Assembly (NCBI GenBank): GCA_039815185.1
Contig: JBCBZT010000007.1
Span: 128,001 to 192,000 of the forward strand
Source of the DNA: Cyanobacteria bacterium P01_A01_bin.123
Lineage (GTDB): Bacteria; Cyanobacteriota; Cyanobacteriia; Phormidesmidales; Phormidesmidaceae
DNA length: 64,000 nucleotides
Reading direction: 5' to 3'
This document shows positions 48,607-58,682 of the stretch, piece after piece; within the stretch, counting starts at the first letter, position 1, and the number at the start of each line of letters is the position of its first letter. Below the pieces are notes generated by a model. That model was not told the DNA's origin and did no database searches. It saw nothing but the letters and a program-made list of their open reading frames with translations. Position numbers and translations under genes: made by a program.

Positions 48607-49548
48607 ATGGTCACTATTAAGTCTCTAACCCCTGAACAGGAAGCACTCATTCCAATCTATTGCAGCAAGTGGCGATCGCTGATCACGTCTACTGAGCGTC
48701 TAAATCGATCCCGCGTAGAAGGAAGCTTGAGAGCCGCCTATCTGCTGGCGGAAAAACCTGAACCCGAGTTTCGCTTCCTCAATGGGCCTAACGAGCTTAA
48801 GCAGTTGCGAGAACAGCAATCGGCTTTAGCGTTTATCCGTCAGTTTGGTGCACCCGTATCTCTACTTGACACTCAAGTGGTCAAGCGCATCCGCAGTAGG
48901 CTTGATGATGCCTTAAAACAACACATCGAAACTCAACTGTTAGACAATCTTCAACTGCAATCTTCAATTTATTCGTTGGCTACCCATCCTTTTGCTGACC
49001 TAGCTGCCCAAGCGGTTCGAGAAGGGTTTGAAACTGCTGGTGCTAGGGGCCGAGATGATCTCAGGAATCAGTTGGGTGGGGAATTCTTGCTGACAATGAG
49101 TGACACTGTTCAACAAATGACAGAGGCAGTTTTCCAGACAGTAAACGCAACGATACAACAAGTCTCAGCAAGTCAACCTTTCATGCAGCCTATAACCCAA
49201 TGGCAGGAAAGACTACAGGTTACGGGTCAGGCTTTATCAACTGCAGCGACCCTTGCTGGGGTCTTCAATATGGTTGCAGCTATGCAATACAGCTATCTCG
49301 ATTTCTACTCATCCATTCTGGACTTTTCTGATTCTGACCAGAAACATCTGGCCACCATCCGTTCTATCTTTCGGGCCTGTAGCGCATTAGTCATTCCGTT
49401 TGAGACGCTTTGTCTTGTCATCGAACGACCGACAAAAATTTCCTTGGATGCAGAGGGAAAACTCCATGCTGATCATGAACCAGCACTCGTTTTTGCTGAT
49501 GGCGCAGAATTTTATATCCACCATGGTGAGTGCATCACACCTGATTAA
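48607..49548 (+). CDS. DUF6745-like protein
   Basis: LTPEQEALIP N-terminus; PFE..CLV.ERP...LHAD.EPAL.FADG...HG. Confidence 0.75.
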   Translation: MVTIKSLTPEQEALIPIYCSKWRSLITSTERLNRSRVEGSLRAAYLLAEKPEPEFRFLNGPNELKQLREQQSALAFIRQFGAPVSLLDTQVVKRIRSRLDDALKQHIETQLLDNLQLQSSIYSLATHPFADLAAQAVREGFETAGARGRDDLRNQLGGEFLLTMSDTVQQMTEAVFQTVNATIQQVSASQPFMQPITQWQERLQVTGQALSTAATLAGVFNMVAAMQYSYLDFYSSILDFSDSDQKHLATIRSIFRACSALVIPFETLCLVIERPTKISLDAEGKLHADHEPALVFADGAEFYIHHGECITPD

Positions 49549-49633
49549 TGGATAGATATCAGGTGCATTTTTATTGTTTTGATCAATTTAATTCTCCAAG
49601 TGCGATCGCTCTCTATCTACATGTATTATTCAC

Positions 49634-50032
49634 CTATCTAACGCTAGCCACTGCCTCAACCTCAACAAGTATTGAGGGTGATGCGAGGGAAGCTACGCCG
49701 ATACCTGTTACAGATGGACGAGATTCGCCTAAAAAGTTAGAGAGAATAGGGGCAACAGCTTCCATGTATTCTCCGAGTTCACCTCGGATATAGACACGAA
49801 CTTGCAATAGCTGTTCAACTGATGAACCAGCTGCTGTTAGGGCAATTTTAAGATTTTCAAGTGCCTTTCTCATTTGTCCTTCGACCGAGTTTTCTGTGGT
49901 CTCATATTGATGATTCCAATCGACCTGACCAGATACAAAAACTAGCCCCAAGTCCGTCTCAACAGTAGCCTGAGACATGCCAAATGCAGCACCATCGTAC
50001 AGTTCCTCTGGGTTGATTCGTTTTTTGCTCAT
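49634..50032 (-). CDS. RidA/YjgF family protein
   Basis: VFVSGQV, NLKIALTAAGSS, RPSVT, LVEVEAVA. Confidence 0.9.
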   Translation of the reverse strand: MSKKRINPEELYDGAAFGMSQATVETDLGLVFVSGQVDWNHQYETTENSVEGQMRKALENLKIALTAAGSSVEQLLQVRVYIRGELGEYMEAVAPILSNFLGESRPSVTGIGVASLASPSILVEVEAVASVR

Positions 50033-50421
50033 GTTGTCCTCCCACGTGAATTTTAGAAACAGCGATCTTCCTTATGATTTTTTGTCTGAGTTAAGCGCCC
50101 GCAAGACAAAAGCATTAACTGAGTATGAATCAGTATTTGTGGGTGCGCATAGCTTTAACTCATTGAGTATACTCACAAAGCTAGTCTCTGCGATGATTTC
50201 ATTGGTTTCTAATGATCTGACATAAATCCTATGGCTGGTTATACCCAATGATTTAGGGAGATCCTCCGCCAAATTTTCAGACCTGACTTCAAGATTTGCC
50301 TCAAGTTCATCGATTGGGATACGCTCGCCACGTTTGTCTGGATTTATTCGGACGTAGGGAAGTTCGGTTTTATTTTAGAGATTTGTAGAAAAGCATGAAT
50401 TTTTAGACGCCTAGTATCTCA

Positions 50422-50931
50422 CTACCAGAAGAATTTTCGAGATTCTAAAGTCCCTGCTAATATTTTGGCTGCATCTCGAATTGCACGTTGACAACGCCAG
50501 TGTCCATCAGTTGCACATGATGAATTCAACTCTTTATGAACCAGAAGGGCTTCTGCTTCTCCTATCCTGACAGCAGCCTGGAATAGTAAGAACAGTGCCT
50601 CACTGCGAGAAGAAAGTGGCGTGACATTTTGAGCCTGTCTTGTAGCAGTATTCAATATCTTTTTTGCCTTTGAGAGGATATTACGTTCAGATAACGCCGC
50701 AATTTCCCAGGCCCTAACGGCACAGCATTTGTATGCATCATTACATGCGTTTGCAGATTTCTCAATAAGTGAAGCAATCAAATCCAGATCGGCATCTGTG
50801 AACCTGAGGATCCAGGCTAAGGCTTGCGCTCTGAACCATGGATCACTAATTTTGCGAGCCCCTTCAAGAGCTTTCTTGGGATTACTTTTTGCAAGACTAG
50901 CTATTTTGTCTCTAGCAAGCGTATCATTCAT
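50422..50931 (-). CDS. Hypothetical helical-repeat protein
   Basis: Intact ORF overlapping the HD gene stop; DPWFRAQALA. Confidence 0.6.
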   Translation of the reverse strand: MNDTLARDKIASLAKSNPKKALEGARKISDPWFRAQALAWILRFTDADLDLIASLIEKSANACNDAYKCCAVRAWEIAALSERNILSKAKKILNTATRQAQNVTPLSSRSEALFLLFQAAVRIGEAEALLVHKELNSSCATDGHWRCQRAIRDAAKILAGTLESRKFFW

Positions 50932-51352
50932 CACTACTAAGTTTACGCCAGGCTTTGTGATATCTTTCAAGGCGTTCTAAATCTTTTTCTTTCAACTCCG
51001 GAATTCTACGGATATTCATGTTGTCCTTTAAATCCGCTAACTTAACTTCACTTGCGATTCTATTGTTTTGGATTCGTTCAATATAGGCTTCGTAAGTCTC
51101 TCTATCACGATGTGTTAGACAATCTAGTGCTTCAATCACTGCAGGTGGAAACCCTTCTGCTTCTAAATCTTCTAGTGTCCATTGTGTATCCTCTACAACA
51201 TCATGAAGCACTGCCGACATTCTTGCTTCATCTGATGTCACTGATAGCATCAGCGTTAACGGATGAAGTACATAGGGCAAACCGTTTTTTTGGCGTTGCC
51301 CTTTATGTGCCTCAACGGCTATTTCTAAGGCTCGCTGTAGATCTGCCATCAT
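50924..51352 (-). CDS. Small HD-domain hydrolase (SpoT/Mesh1-like)
   Basis: AHKGQ, PYVLHP, LHDVVED, VKLADLKDN. Confidence 0.88.
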   Translation of the reverse strand: MMADLQRALEIAVEAHKGQRQKNGLPYVLHPLTLMLSVTSDEARMSAVLHDVVEDTQWTLEDLEAEGFPPAVIEALDCLTHRDRETYEAYIERIQNNRIASEVKLADLKDNMNIRRIPELKEKDLERLERYHKAWRKLSSDE

Positions 51353-51696
51353 TTCTTCTCGACTCTCTGAGTGTAATGATGCGTTGTGACGCATTCTATA
51401 ATATCGGGCGATCGCACCTTTTTCCTTATCTCATTTACTAGCAACCGTAGTAGGAAATCCCACCTTTAATCCTTAACAAGTGGTTGCAATTTGACGTTAA
51501 TTTATAAGTGCGATTGCGCTACAAAGATAAGAATATAATTAGCGTGCTAATGTTTTCGTTGGATTATACTATCGCCTTTCTTGCATACCTTTGGGCTATA
51601 TCCAATCTACGAAGTGAGCGAAGCACTGAGGCAGTTAGAAGGTGCTTCGGTCACGCCTGTATGCCACATGAATCCAATTGCTGAAGTTTCGAGTCC

Positions 51697-52278
51697 TCAT
51701 CGTGCGGCGAGGAATTCTAGTACCCGCTGCATCAATAGAGCGGATGCATTTGCATCGTACGACGGCAGTGAGCTGTCTGCAAAGATGTGCTGTTCGCCGG
51801 GGTAGAGGAACATTTCTGCGTCTTCCGCTTCTTCAACCAGCGACCGAGCGGCATCAATGTCCCCTTCACCAACAAAGAATGGATCGGCATCCTTAGCATG
51901 CACCTGTACAGGCACCCCTTTCGGCCAGGCCGAGCTAAACTCCGAGACTGGCACGCAGGCATAGAAGAGAAGCGCGCCCCGCGCGCCGACGCGGGTCTGG
52001 GCCAGTTTCTGTGACGGAACTACGCCTAGAGAAAAACCAGCGTAGACCAACTCAGCGGGCAACCCGGCCACGGCTTGCTCTCCGCGCTCAATCACCTCGC
52101 CAAAGCCAAGTTCCTCAACGAATCTCATACCCGTCTCCAGGTCATCGAAGGTGCGACCATCGAAGAGATCGGGCATGTGGACGAGGTGCCCGCTGCAACG
52201 AAGCCTTTCAGCAAACGTAGCGATGCCAGGGGTCAGGCCTTGCGCGTGGTGGAATAATATGACCTCTGCCAATATCAA
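51697..52278 (-). CDS. Dienelactone hydrolase-family alpha/beta hydrolase
   Basis: LFHHAQGLTPG, PDLF, GFSLG, YPGEQHIF; visibly GC-rich. Confidence 0.88.
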   Translation of the reverse strand: MILAEVILFHHAQGLTPGIATFAERLRCSGHLVHMPDLFDGRTFDDLETGMRFVEELGFGEVIERGEQAVAGLPAELVYAGFSLGVVPSQKLAQTRVGARGALLFYACVPVSEFSSAWPKGVPVQVHAKDADPFFVGEGDIDAARSLVEEAEDAEMFLYPGEQHIFADSSLPSYDANASALLMQRVLEFLAAR

Positions 52279-52354
52279 CCCTCCTGCTCGCGAACCGCCA
52301 ATATAGCTAATACCTCTTCTAAGCTAATACCTTCTAGCGGCAATGGAATTGCGC

Positions 52355-52633
52355 TTAAGGGGCCGAAGACAGGTCAATGCTAGCGGACGAAAGCAGCGGT
52401 TCGCCTTCAAAGTAGCTGTCTGAGTCTGCAAAGGATGTGATCACCACCAGTGCTTCATCGCTTGGCAGCGCATCTGCATCAAAGTAGTCAAACTCAAAAC
52501 GGCACCGGCCGGTGCCGGAGCAGCCCAATACTTCTGTGTAGCCCCTGTCGTACATCTTTTGCTCCAGGGGTGTGTGGTGATCCATTGAGACGTCCTTTGC
52601 GACCCAGCCCGTATCCATCAGCCGCGATCGCAC
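52355..52633 (-). pseudogene. Probable 5'-truncated gene fragment
   Basis: ORF begins right at the direct repeat with no RBS; CSGTG..C motif suggests an exported protein lacking its signal. Confidence 0.4.
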
Positions 52634-52695
52634 TTTGACGTTAATTTATAAGTGCGATCGCCAGAATCATACAGGTTAGCTGAGCAAGCGCAGAA

Positions 52696-54186
52696 TTAAC
52701 GAGGTTGGAGCCAGCCTGGAAGCAAACCGTAGGGATCGAGACGAACTTGACTGTTGAAGGCAACGTGATGCTCCTCTAATAGCGTCTGTAATTCTCCACT
52801 CTTAAAGGCATCAAAAGTTTCCGTACAACCCCCAATGAACTTCCCACCTACAAAAATTTGGGGAATAGTTTTGCAACCCGTTTTGGCGTTCAATGCAGCC
52901 CTGATTTTGCCACCCCAACCATCGGCTTGATACTCCACAGAATCCAAATTAACTGAGCGATACTCAATGCCACATTTGGCAAACAGCTTGCGAATCGACC
53001 AACAAAACTCACACCATTGCAAGGCAAACATGATAACAGGCTGTTCTGGCTCATTGATTACAGCCTGCACAAACGCTTCAGCCTCAGGAATTACAACAGG
53101 TGGCTCAACTGCCGTTGGAGCCGATTTTGCAGGGGGTGGCGCATCAAAGCGACAACTGGGTGTTGACTTCGAGATAGCAAGTTCTGCTGCGGTCATCTCT
53201 TCTGGGATTTCTGCAAAAAGTGGTGTGGTGAGATAACGTTCACCCGTGTCAGGGAGCATGCAAAGCACCGTCGAACCTTGGGGTGCTTGTGCACAAACTT
53301 GCAAGGCACCGGCTAATGTTGCACCACCGGAGATGCCTGTAAAAATTCCCTCCTTTTGGGCCAATTCTTGGGAAAGACGCAGCGCATCTGCCCCATTGAT
53401 GGGCATGAACTGGTCAATATGGTGGGCCCTCATGACATCTTCCGCCAATTGAGGAATAAAGTCGGGTGTCCAACCTTGCATCAGGTGGGGGCGGAAATTG
53501 GGATGACTTTCGTGGATGCTGCCATTTTCACTGCGCTTCTGAGGCAGACCACTTGCCATTAATTGTGAATTGTCTGGTTCGCAAACAACAACCTGGGTTT
53601 CCGGTCGCTCTGCTTTAAGAACCCTGGCAGTCCCTTTGAGTGTGCCCCCTGTGCCAAAACCTGTTACCCAGTAATCGAGCGGTTGATCCCGAAAATCATC
53701 CAAAATTTCAGGGGCGGTTGTGCGGGAATGGATATCGGCATTGGCCTCATTCTCAAACTGGCGACAAAGAAACCAACCGTGGGTTTCAGCCAGCTCAATG
53801 GCTTTGTTAAGCATGCCCATCGCTTTTTGAGAAGCGGGTGTTAGAACAACTTTAGCCCCCAAGAAACGCATGATTTTACGGCGTTCGATGCTGCAGTTTT
53901 CTGCCATAACCACAACCAGGGGGTAGCCTTTCTGTGCACAGACCATTGCTAAACCAATGCCTGTATTACCGCTAGTCGCTTCAATAACGGTTTGTCCGGG
54001 GGATAAACTTCCGTCTCGTTCCGCGGCTTCTATAACGCCCAGTGCTAAGCGATCTTTAACGGATCCCATAGGATTAAATGCTTCAGCTTTGATATACAAG
54101 TTAATACCTTCTGGAGCCAACTTATTGAGTTTGATAACTGGAGTACGGCCAATTGTTTCAAGGATATTGTTGTAAAGCTTGCCCAT
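52696..54186 (-). CDS. cysK: Cysteine synthase (CysK-like) fused to a C-terminal glutaredoxin
   Basis: SVKDR PLP lysine, EATSGNTG, GTGGT; Grx WCEFC, TIPQIF, IGGC. Confidence 0.9.
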   Translation of the reverse strand: MGKLYNNILETIGRTPVIKLNKLAPEGINLYIKAEAFNPMGSVKDRLALGVIEAAERDGSLSPGQTVIEATSGNTGIGLAMVCAQKGYPLVVVMAENCSIERRKIMRFLGAKVVLTPASQKAMGMLNKAIELAETHGWFLCRQFENEANADIHSRTTAPEILDDFRDQPLDYWVTGFGTGGTLKGTARVLKAERPETQVVVCEPDNSQLMASGLPQKRSENGSIHESHPNFRPHLMQGWTPDFIPQLAEDVMRAHHIDQFMPINGADALRLSQELAQKEGIFTGISGGATLAGALQVCAQAPQGSTVLCMLPDTGERYLTTPLFAEIPEEMTAAELAISKSTPSCRFDAPPPAKSAPTAVEPPVVIPEAEAFVQAVINEPEQPVIMFALQWCEFCWSIRKLFAKCGIEYRSVNLDSVEYQADGWGGKIRAALNAKTGCKTIPQIFVGGKFIGGCTETFDAFKSGELQTLLEEHHVAFNSQVRLDPYGLLPGWLQPR

Positions 54187-54351
54187 GGAGGCCACCTCAG
54201 TAAAGACAATTAAGAAAGGAAAGTTGCTGGTTGATGAAGCTTCACACTGGGTGTGCGATTTGAAATTTCATCTTTGTACCCCAACCTTAAGCAGCAAGTG
54301 AGAAGAAACCGAGAACTAAATCGGGAAAAACTCGAGAGCTAAGCTGCTGGA

Positions 54352-54828
54352 CTAATGTTTTATCGGGTTCAAACGCCCGGGAAAATAGAAATGTAGAGTC
54401 CGGGCGGTATCATCAAGGCCCACCAGCTCGTGAATCTCGTTGGGCGATGTCCAAGTCCACTGTCCCTGACGAATGACTTTCTCAGAGACGACCGTTAGCT
54501 GCCCTGAAGAAAGGCAGTATTTTCGCTCTAGCAGTTGCCCTGATAAAACACGGGTCAAGTTGATCGAAAGATGATGATTGTGTGGCCTGGAACCGATTCC
54601 CGCTTTCCAAGCTAGAATCAGAATCTCAAGCCAGCGATTGCAAATTAGCTGAATGTATTGGTATCCAAAGGGATGGTTCACCTTTTGGTTAGGAGTATCG
54701 GACCAAACTAGACGTTTCATGGTGGCTTTTCTCAAAAGTGACGGGATTGTCAGGCAGCGAGGGACTATCTTTCCAGAACGATAGTCCTCGCTGAAGTTTT
54801 TTGAATCAGCCCCACCGAGGCTGTTCAT
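54352..54828 (-). CDS. Cysteine dioxygenase-like cupin
   Basis: W..G..S.PHNH, IHEL, TLHFY; start uncertain (alternative 54720). Confidence 0.65.
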   Translation of the reverse strand: MNSLGGADSKNFSEDYRSGKIVPRCLTIPSLLRKATMKRLVWSDTPNQKVNHPFGYQYIQLICNRWLEILILAWKAGIGSRPHNHHLSINLTRVLSGQLLERKYCLSSGQLTVVSEKVIRQGQWTWTSPNEIHELVGLDDTARTLHFYFPGRLNPIKH

Positions 54829-54856
54829 CTAAATCAACGCGTTTCTCTAGCCATCT

Positions 54857-55546
54857 TCAAGTCAGCCGCCTGAGGCGACGCTTCAGGACTGAACCAGTGC
54901 CCACCGTAGCCAGCGTCAGTAAACTGAATATCAAAGAAGGTTCGGGAACAGCTTCAACCTCAGAGGCTGCTGGAAAAACCGCAAATTGCAGATCCGCGCA
55001 CGGGAACCCATCGGGATTTTCGGACGTAGCACATCCCCCGTTAAAGGTCGTGAGTTGCTTTTCCAACAAATTGGGATCCTCGCTGGCAGGCCCATGCCAG
55101 CGGGCAATGGTATGAACCTCAGTCGCGAAGGGGTCTTTCAGGCCATCGCCGAAGAGTATTTGATCGTCTTCCTGAGGAAGCTGACCAACTTCTAGGCGAG
55201 CTTCAAAATTGCCAATGCCGTCCTCTCCAACGAGTGCCCCGCTTGCCCAGAACCCTGAAACGCCGACTGCTTCGTTATCCAGATCGTCGATACCACAGCC
55301 ATCGATGCAGAGATCGGGTTGATCAAACAAGATCCACCAGAGCGTATAAGCGCCTGACGGTAATTCACGGGTCTGGAAAGTAGTTTCAATAGCATCGGAG
55401 AATCGGGTCAAGCTCGCGGTTGAGTCTGGAATGAATTCACCCGACTCGAAGTCAGCGGGTTGCGTGTTTTGCAATATGGCTGCTTCGGCTGGGGCGGCCA
55501 GTGGGAGAAAACTTAAGACAACAATAGGGATTAATTTTTTAACCAT
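54857..55546 (-). CDS. PEP-CTERM sorting-domain secreted protein
   Basis: Signal peptide; VPEPS, TM helix and KRRLRR tail. Confidence 0.85.
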   Translation of the reverse strand: MVKKLIPIVVLSFLPLAAPAEAAILQNTQPADFESGEFIPDSTASLTRFSDAIETTFQTRELPSGAYTLWWILFDQPDLCIDGCGIDDLDNEAVGVSGFWASGALVGEDGIGNFEARLEVGQLPQEDDQILFGDGLKDPFATEVHTIARWHGPASEDPNLLEKQLTTFNGGCATSENPDGFPCADLQFAVFPAASEVEAVPEPSLIFSLLTLATVGTGSVLKRRLRRLT

Positions 55547-55801
55547 GATCGTTCCTCTATTTTGAATTTCGAATCTTTTAGGGATTAACTCAATGCTTTG
55601 ACTGTGTCCGCTGCTGTTGGAGCAGCGGACGGACTCAACTTCTTTAGGCGTTGACAAAATTGGGAGGGAACACACTTAGTCCCCAGACAGATCCTGTAAA
55701 AGGCTCTCTTCGGAAACGGTTAATGGAGGATCGAGACGTCGTGGAAATCCAAGCTGATAAATTCAGAGTTCGGAAAAGCTTGGGCCATGACTAGCACTGT
55801 T

Positions 55802-56992
55802 TCATCCCCACCGAGGTTGTTCATCCAAATTGAGGCCCAATGCAACCTTGGCAATGATTTCATGGGTTAAGGCAGAATTGGCAGGATGGAAGCGGCCGGC
55901 GCGGGCATCTCGGAAGAGCCGCTCTAACTCACTTTTCTTGAACATGCCAAACCCACCTGAAAGATCGAGGGCGCGATCAACAATTTTCCAGGCACTTTCG
56001 ACCGCATGATATTTGGCTGAAACCAGCTTTGCAGGCCATTCACCACCATAGTCAACACCGTTTGACCAGTCTGCGGCAATCTTTTCAATGTGGGGTCCGA
56101 TGGTGTCAAACTCCAAAATCATATCGGCAATGCCATGTTGAATCTCAGCATGATGAGACATGGATTTCGCCATGATCAGAGAGGTTTTTTGGGGAACCGC
56201 CTCGAGGGTGAGATCAATGGCGCGTTGGGCAACTGCCCAATAAACATGGGCAAACCCCATCAGTGCCCAGGCGAAAATGCACAAAATAAAGAAATCAGCG
56301 CCTCCAAAGCCTGTTGGAACAACTCTGGATACGAATTCATCGGGTACGAAAACACCATCGAGAAGGGTGTCGTCACTGCGCGTTGCCCGCATCCCCAAGA
56401 CATCCCAGGTTTCTTTGATGGTGTAGCCCATCGTCGATCGGGGCATAAAGGCATGAACCACTTTCGGTTGATTGGGAACGCTGTTATCCATGCCGTGAAT
56501 TCCTAACCAATCCCAAACTGGCGTAAGACTCCCGAAGGACTTGCGTCCATGAAATCGATAGCCGCCATCGACTCGTTCGGCTTTGGTTGTTGAATACAGT
56601 AGCGGTAAGTCATTGCCTGTTTCACCATGACCTGCGGCAAAGACTTTTCCTTGCCCTGCCTGTTCCAAAATCCAGTCAGTGGAGTGGTCTCCAGAACGAT
56701 ACAGGTCAGCAGCTACCCCTACCCAGTAATGATGCATGTTCAGACAGAGCGCCGTTGCCGGTGCATGGTATGCCAACCGCCGAGTTTCCTTTGACATGTC
56801 TGCCAGGGTCAACCCTTTTCCGCCAAACTCTGGAGGAACGGTGAGCAGGAGATAGCCTGCTGCTTTTAGCTCGTCAAAGTCTTCTTGGCAAAACCGATTT
56901 TCGCGATCATAGACAGAAACGCGATCTGCGCAACGTTGCAACACGTCATCAGGTATGGATAAGGTATCAGGCTTTAGTGGAGTCGCAACCAT
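55802..56992 (-). CDS. Acyl-CoA dehydrogenase-superfamily flavoprotein (DszC/SfnB-like possible)
   Basis: GRKSFGS, WDVLGMRATRS, GGFG, LERLFRDAR; AGGAGG RBS. Confidence 0.88.
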   Translation of the reverse strand: MVATPLKPDTLSIPDDVLQRCADRVSVYDRENRFCQEDFDELKAAGYLLLTVPPEFGGKGLTLADMSKETRRLAYHAPATALCLNMHHYWVGVAADLYRSGDHSTDWILEQAGQGKVFAAGHGETGNDLPLLYSTTKAERVDGGYRFHGRKSFGSLTPVWDWLGIHGMDNSVPNQPKVVHAFMPRSTMGYTIKETWDVLGMRATRSDDTLLDGVFVPDEFVSRVVPTGFGGADFFILCIFAWALMGFAHVYWAVAQRAIDLTLEAVPQKTSLIMAKSMSHHAEIQHGIADMILEFDTIGPHIEKIAADWSNGVDYGGEWPAKLVSAKYHAVESAWKIVDRALDLSGGFGMFKKSELERLFRDARAGRFHPANSALTHEIIAKVALGLNLDEQPRWG

Positions 56993-57216
56993 GAATGGCC
57001 TCCTAAAGATAAGTAAAGGTGTGCAGGTAAGTTGATGGAACTATTGCAAGCAGCTGAGCCTACGATTGACCGGCTTGCATGGGGCCCAACATTTGGGTGA
57101 ATTCGTTTAACGGAAAAGCGTTTTCAGCAGTGTTCGCAAGGTTTCAGAGGTCACTCAGCCGGAAGTGCCTCAATTTCTCCTCTAGAAACCAGAAATGAAA
57201 ACTGCTTTTGCTGAGC

Positions 57217-57888
57217 CTAAATGGAGTAATTTGGCTGACGCAGCATGGGGAAAATCTGAGGTGATTTCCCGGCTTGAATTGTGCCGATAACTTCGAAGCC
57301 GTGATGTTGGTAAAACGGGATATTCTCGGGATTAGACGATTCCAGATAGGCGGGGAGGCGATCGCGATCGCACTTATCCAGCACTGCATGCAACAGCACC
57401 GAACCCAGTCCCTGGCTTTGATGTCTGGGATCTACCCCCAGCAATGGTAAGTACCAGTGGGGATAGTGAGGATGGTAGTGATCCATCTGTTCAAAAACCG
57501 CAAACGCATCGGGTTGATCGGCTTCGAACAAACACCCTTGCAGCAGTTCTTCGACGACCTCGGAGTCGGGTTCAATACCGGGGGAAAACCAGAGTGCCCC
57601 TCCGGTATTGTCTCCACTCACATAGGCAGTACCTTGCTCAAAGGCTTTACCAGCGAATGCGATCACAAACTGTGGGAAATAGGTCAGGTACTGGTGAGGA
57701 TCCGGAAATAGCCATCGCACGGCTGGGTCGTTGCTAAAGGCTAGTACCAGAGATGGAATCACATATTTATGTTCTGTGACGCTGGCAACTCTGGATGCAG
57801 CCAAGGATCGGTTAAGTTCAGGTGGGCTTAACGGTGACGTCAAGATTCCTCCACCGGTGTCGCTTGTGATCAGTTGGGAATGCAGCAT
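57217..57888 (-). CDS. GNAT N-acetyltransferase (puromycin-acetyltransferase-like)
   Basis: WYLPLLGVDP.HQSQGLGS, YLESS, FYQHHGF. Confidence 0.9.
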   Translation of the reverse strand: MLHSQLITSDTGGGILTSPLSPPELNRSLAASRVASVTEHKYVIPSLVLAFSNDPAVRWLFPDPHQYLTYFPQFVIAFAGKAFEQGTAYVSGDNTGGALWFSPGIEPDSEVVEELLQGCLFEADQPDAFAVFEQMDHYHPHYPHWYLPLLGVDPRHQSQGLGSVLLHAVLDKCDRDRLPAYLESSNPENIPFYQHHGFEVIGTIQAGKSPQIFPMLRQPNYSI

Positions 57889-57927
57889 GGTTACCTCCGA
57901 TGCAGTGAGCTTTGTTCAACTGCACTC

Positions 57928-57971
57928 AAGGTAATTAGCCGGATGTTCCGCGATCGTTCCCCCAGCGTTCC
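57928..57971 (-). promoter_or_regulatory. Three GGAAC direct repeats at 11-bp period upstream of a TACCTT -10 (SARP-type activator site candidate)
   Basis: GTTCC at + positions 57945, 57956, 57967; AAGGTA at 57928-57933. Confidence 0.55.
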
Positions 57972-57990
57972 GCCAATCATGTTGCCACCC

Positions 57991-58076
57991 AGCTAACGTT
58001 CCAAATCAGCAGTAGCAGAGAAATTGAAACGAAACAGGAGGCGTTGCAATTGCCCGCTGTATTTGGGTTGTTATGC
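57991..58076 (-). mobile_element. Integron attC-like site
   Basis: Minus strand GCATAAC...CCAAATaCAGCGG...CTGCTGATTTGG...GTTAGCT, 86 bp, just after the toxin stop. Confidence 0.75.
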
Positions 58077-58080
58077 CGCA

Positions 58081-58341
58081 CTATAGCTTGCCAATCAACT
58101 TGTCATACTCTGCATGTGTTCCAATCCAAAACCAAGAGATTCCATTTTTGACCTCTACACCTAGGGCCCGGTACCTCAAACCTGCGCGAACTGACCAGTA
58201 CCGTTTGCCCAACTTCTTGAAATGTAACGATGGGTGGGACGGGTCAACCTTGAGTAATTCGTAGCACTCATCAGCTGTTCGTTGAATATCTTTGGGCAGA
58301 GTGTTGTAGCATTGCCAAAATCTCTGGGTTGTATAGTGCAT
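58081..58341 (-). CDS. RelE/ParE-like toxin
   Basis: FWQCY..LP, P.HPSLHFKK, WSVR, YRALG, WFWIGTHAEYD. Confidence 0.85.
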   Translation of the reverse strand: MHYTTQRFWQCYNTLPKDIQRTADECYELLKVDPSHPSLHFKKLGKRYWSVRAGLRYRALGVEVKNGISWFWIGTHAEYDKLIGKL

Positions 58342-58541
58342 CAGATTTCTTGGCACTGACCCGCTTCAAACTCGGCGATCGCCTCTTGAGCAAACGCCTC
58401 TAATTTACCCTCGTCAATATCTTGCTCTATCTGCTTATCCCAGCGTTCGTAGTCTAAATCAAGGAACCACGACCTTAGTTTCTCAAATTCATTGATTGGT
58501 AAGGAAAGAATTGCTGATTCGATTTGCTCAAGGTTGGACAT
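58341..58541 (-). CDS. Cognate antitoxin
   Basis: Small acidic protein with WDKQIEQDI..GKL; TGATG coupling to the toxin. Confidence 0.8.
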   Translation of the reverse strand: MSNLEQIESAILSLPINEFEKLRSWFLDLDYERWDKQIEQDIDEGKLEAFAQEAIAEFEAGQCQEI

Positions 58542-58682
58542 GGCCGCTCATACCTCTCTAACCTCAAGAGAATTATAGCTTCACCAGGAAGGAGCCTACA
58601 GCCAGGACCTGTTGACCCTTGTACAGCACACCTCTTGACCACTGACAGATGAACTCATGGCTGCGCCTCAACCAAGAACTAA

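Larger units (their letters stand above)
51490..52658. repeat. 25-bp perfect direct repeats (51490-51514, 52634-52658) flanking a 1.1-kb module
   Basis: TTTGACGTTAATTTATAAGTGCGAT x2. Confidence 0.85.

Noticed and set aside
50072..50400. Short ORF or remnant between ridA and the helical-repeat gene
   Set aside because: The frame opens after a stop with no good start and no family was recognised; possibly a decayed gene.
51614..51654. 12/13-bp hairpin after the hydrolase gene as another attC
   Set aside because: Lacks properly placed RYYYAAC/GTTRRRY boxes; may be a terminator or a heavily decayed site.
54310..54338. CGRGAR repeats upstream of cysK-grx as SARP sites
   Set aside because: Irregular 12/11 spacing and a different sequence from the GGAAC array.
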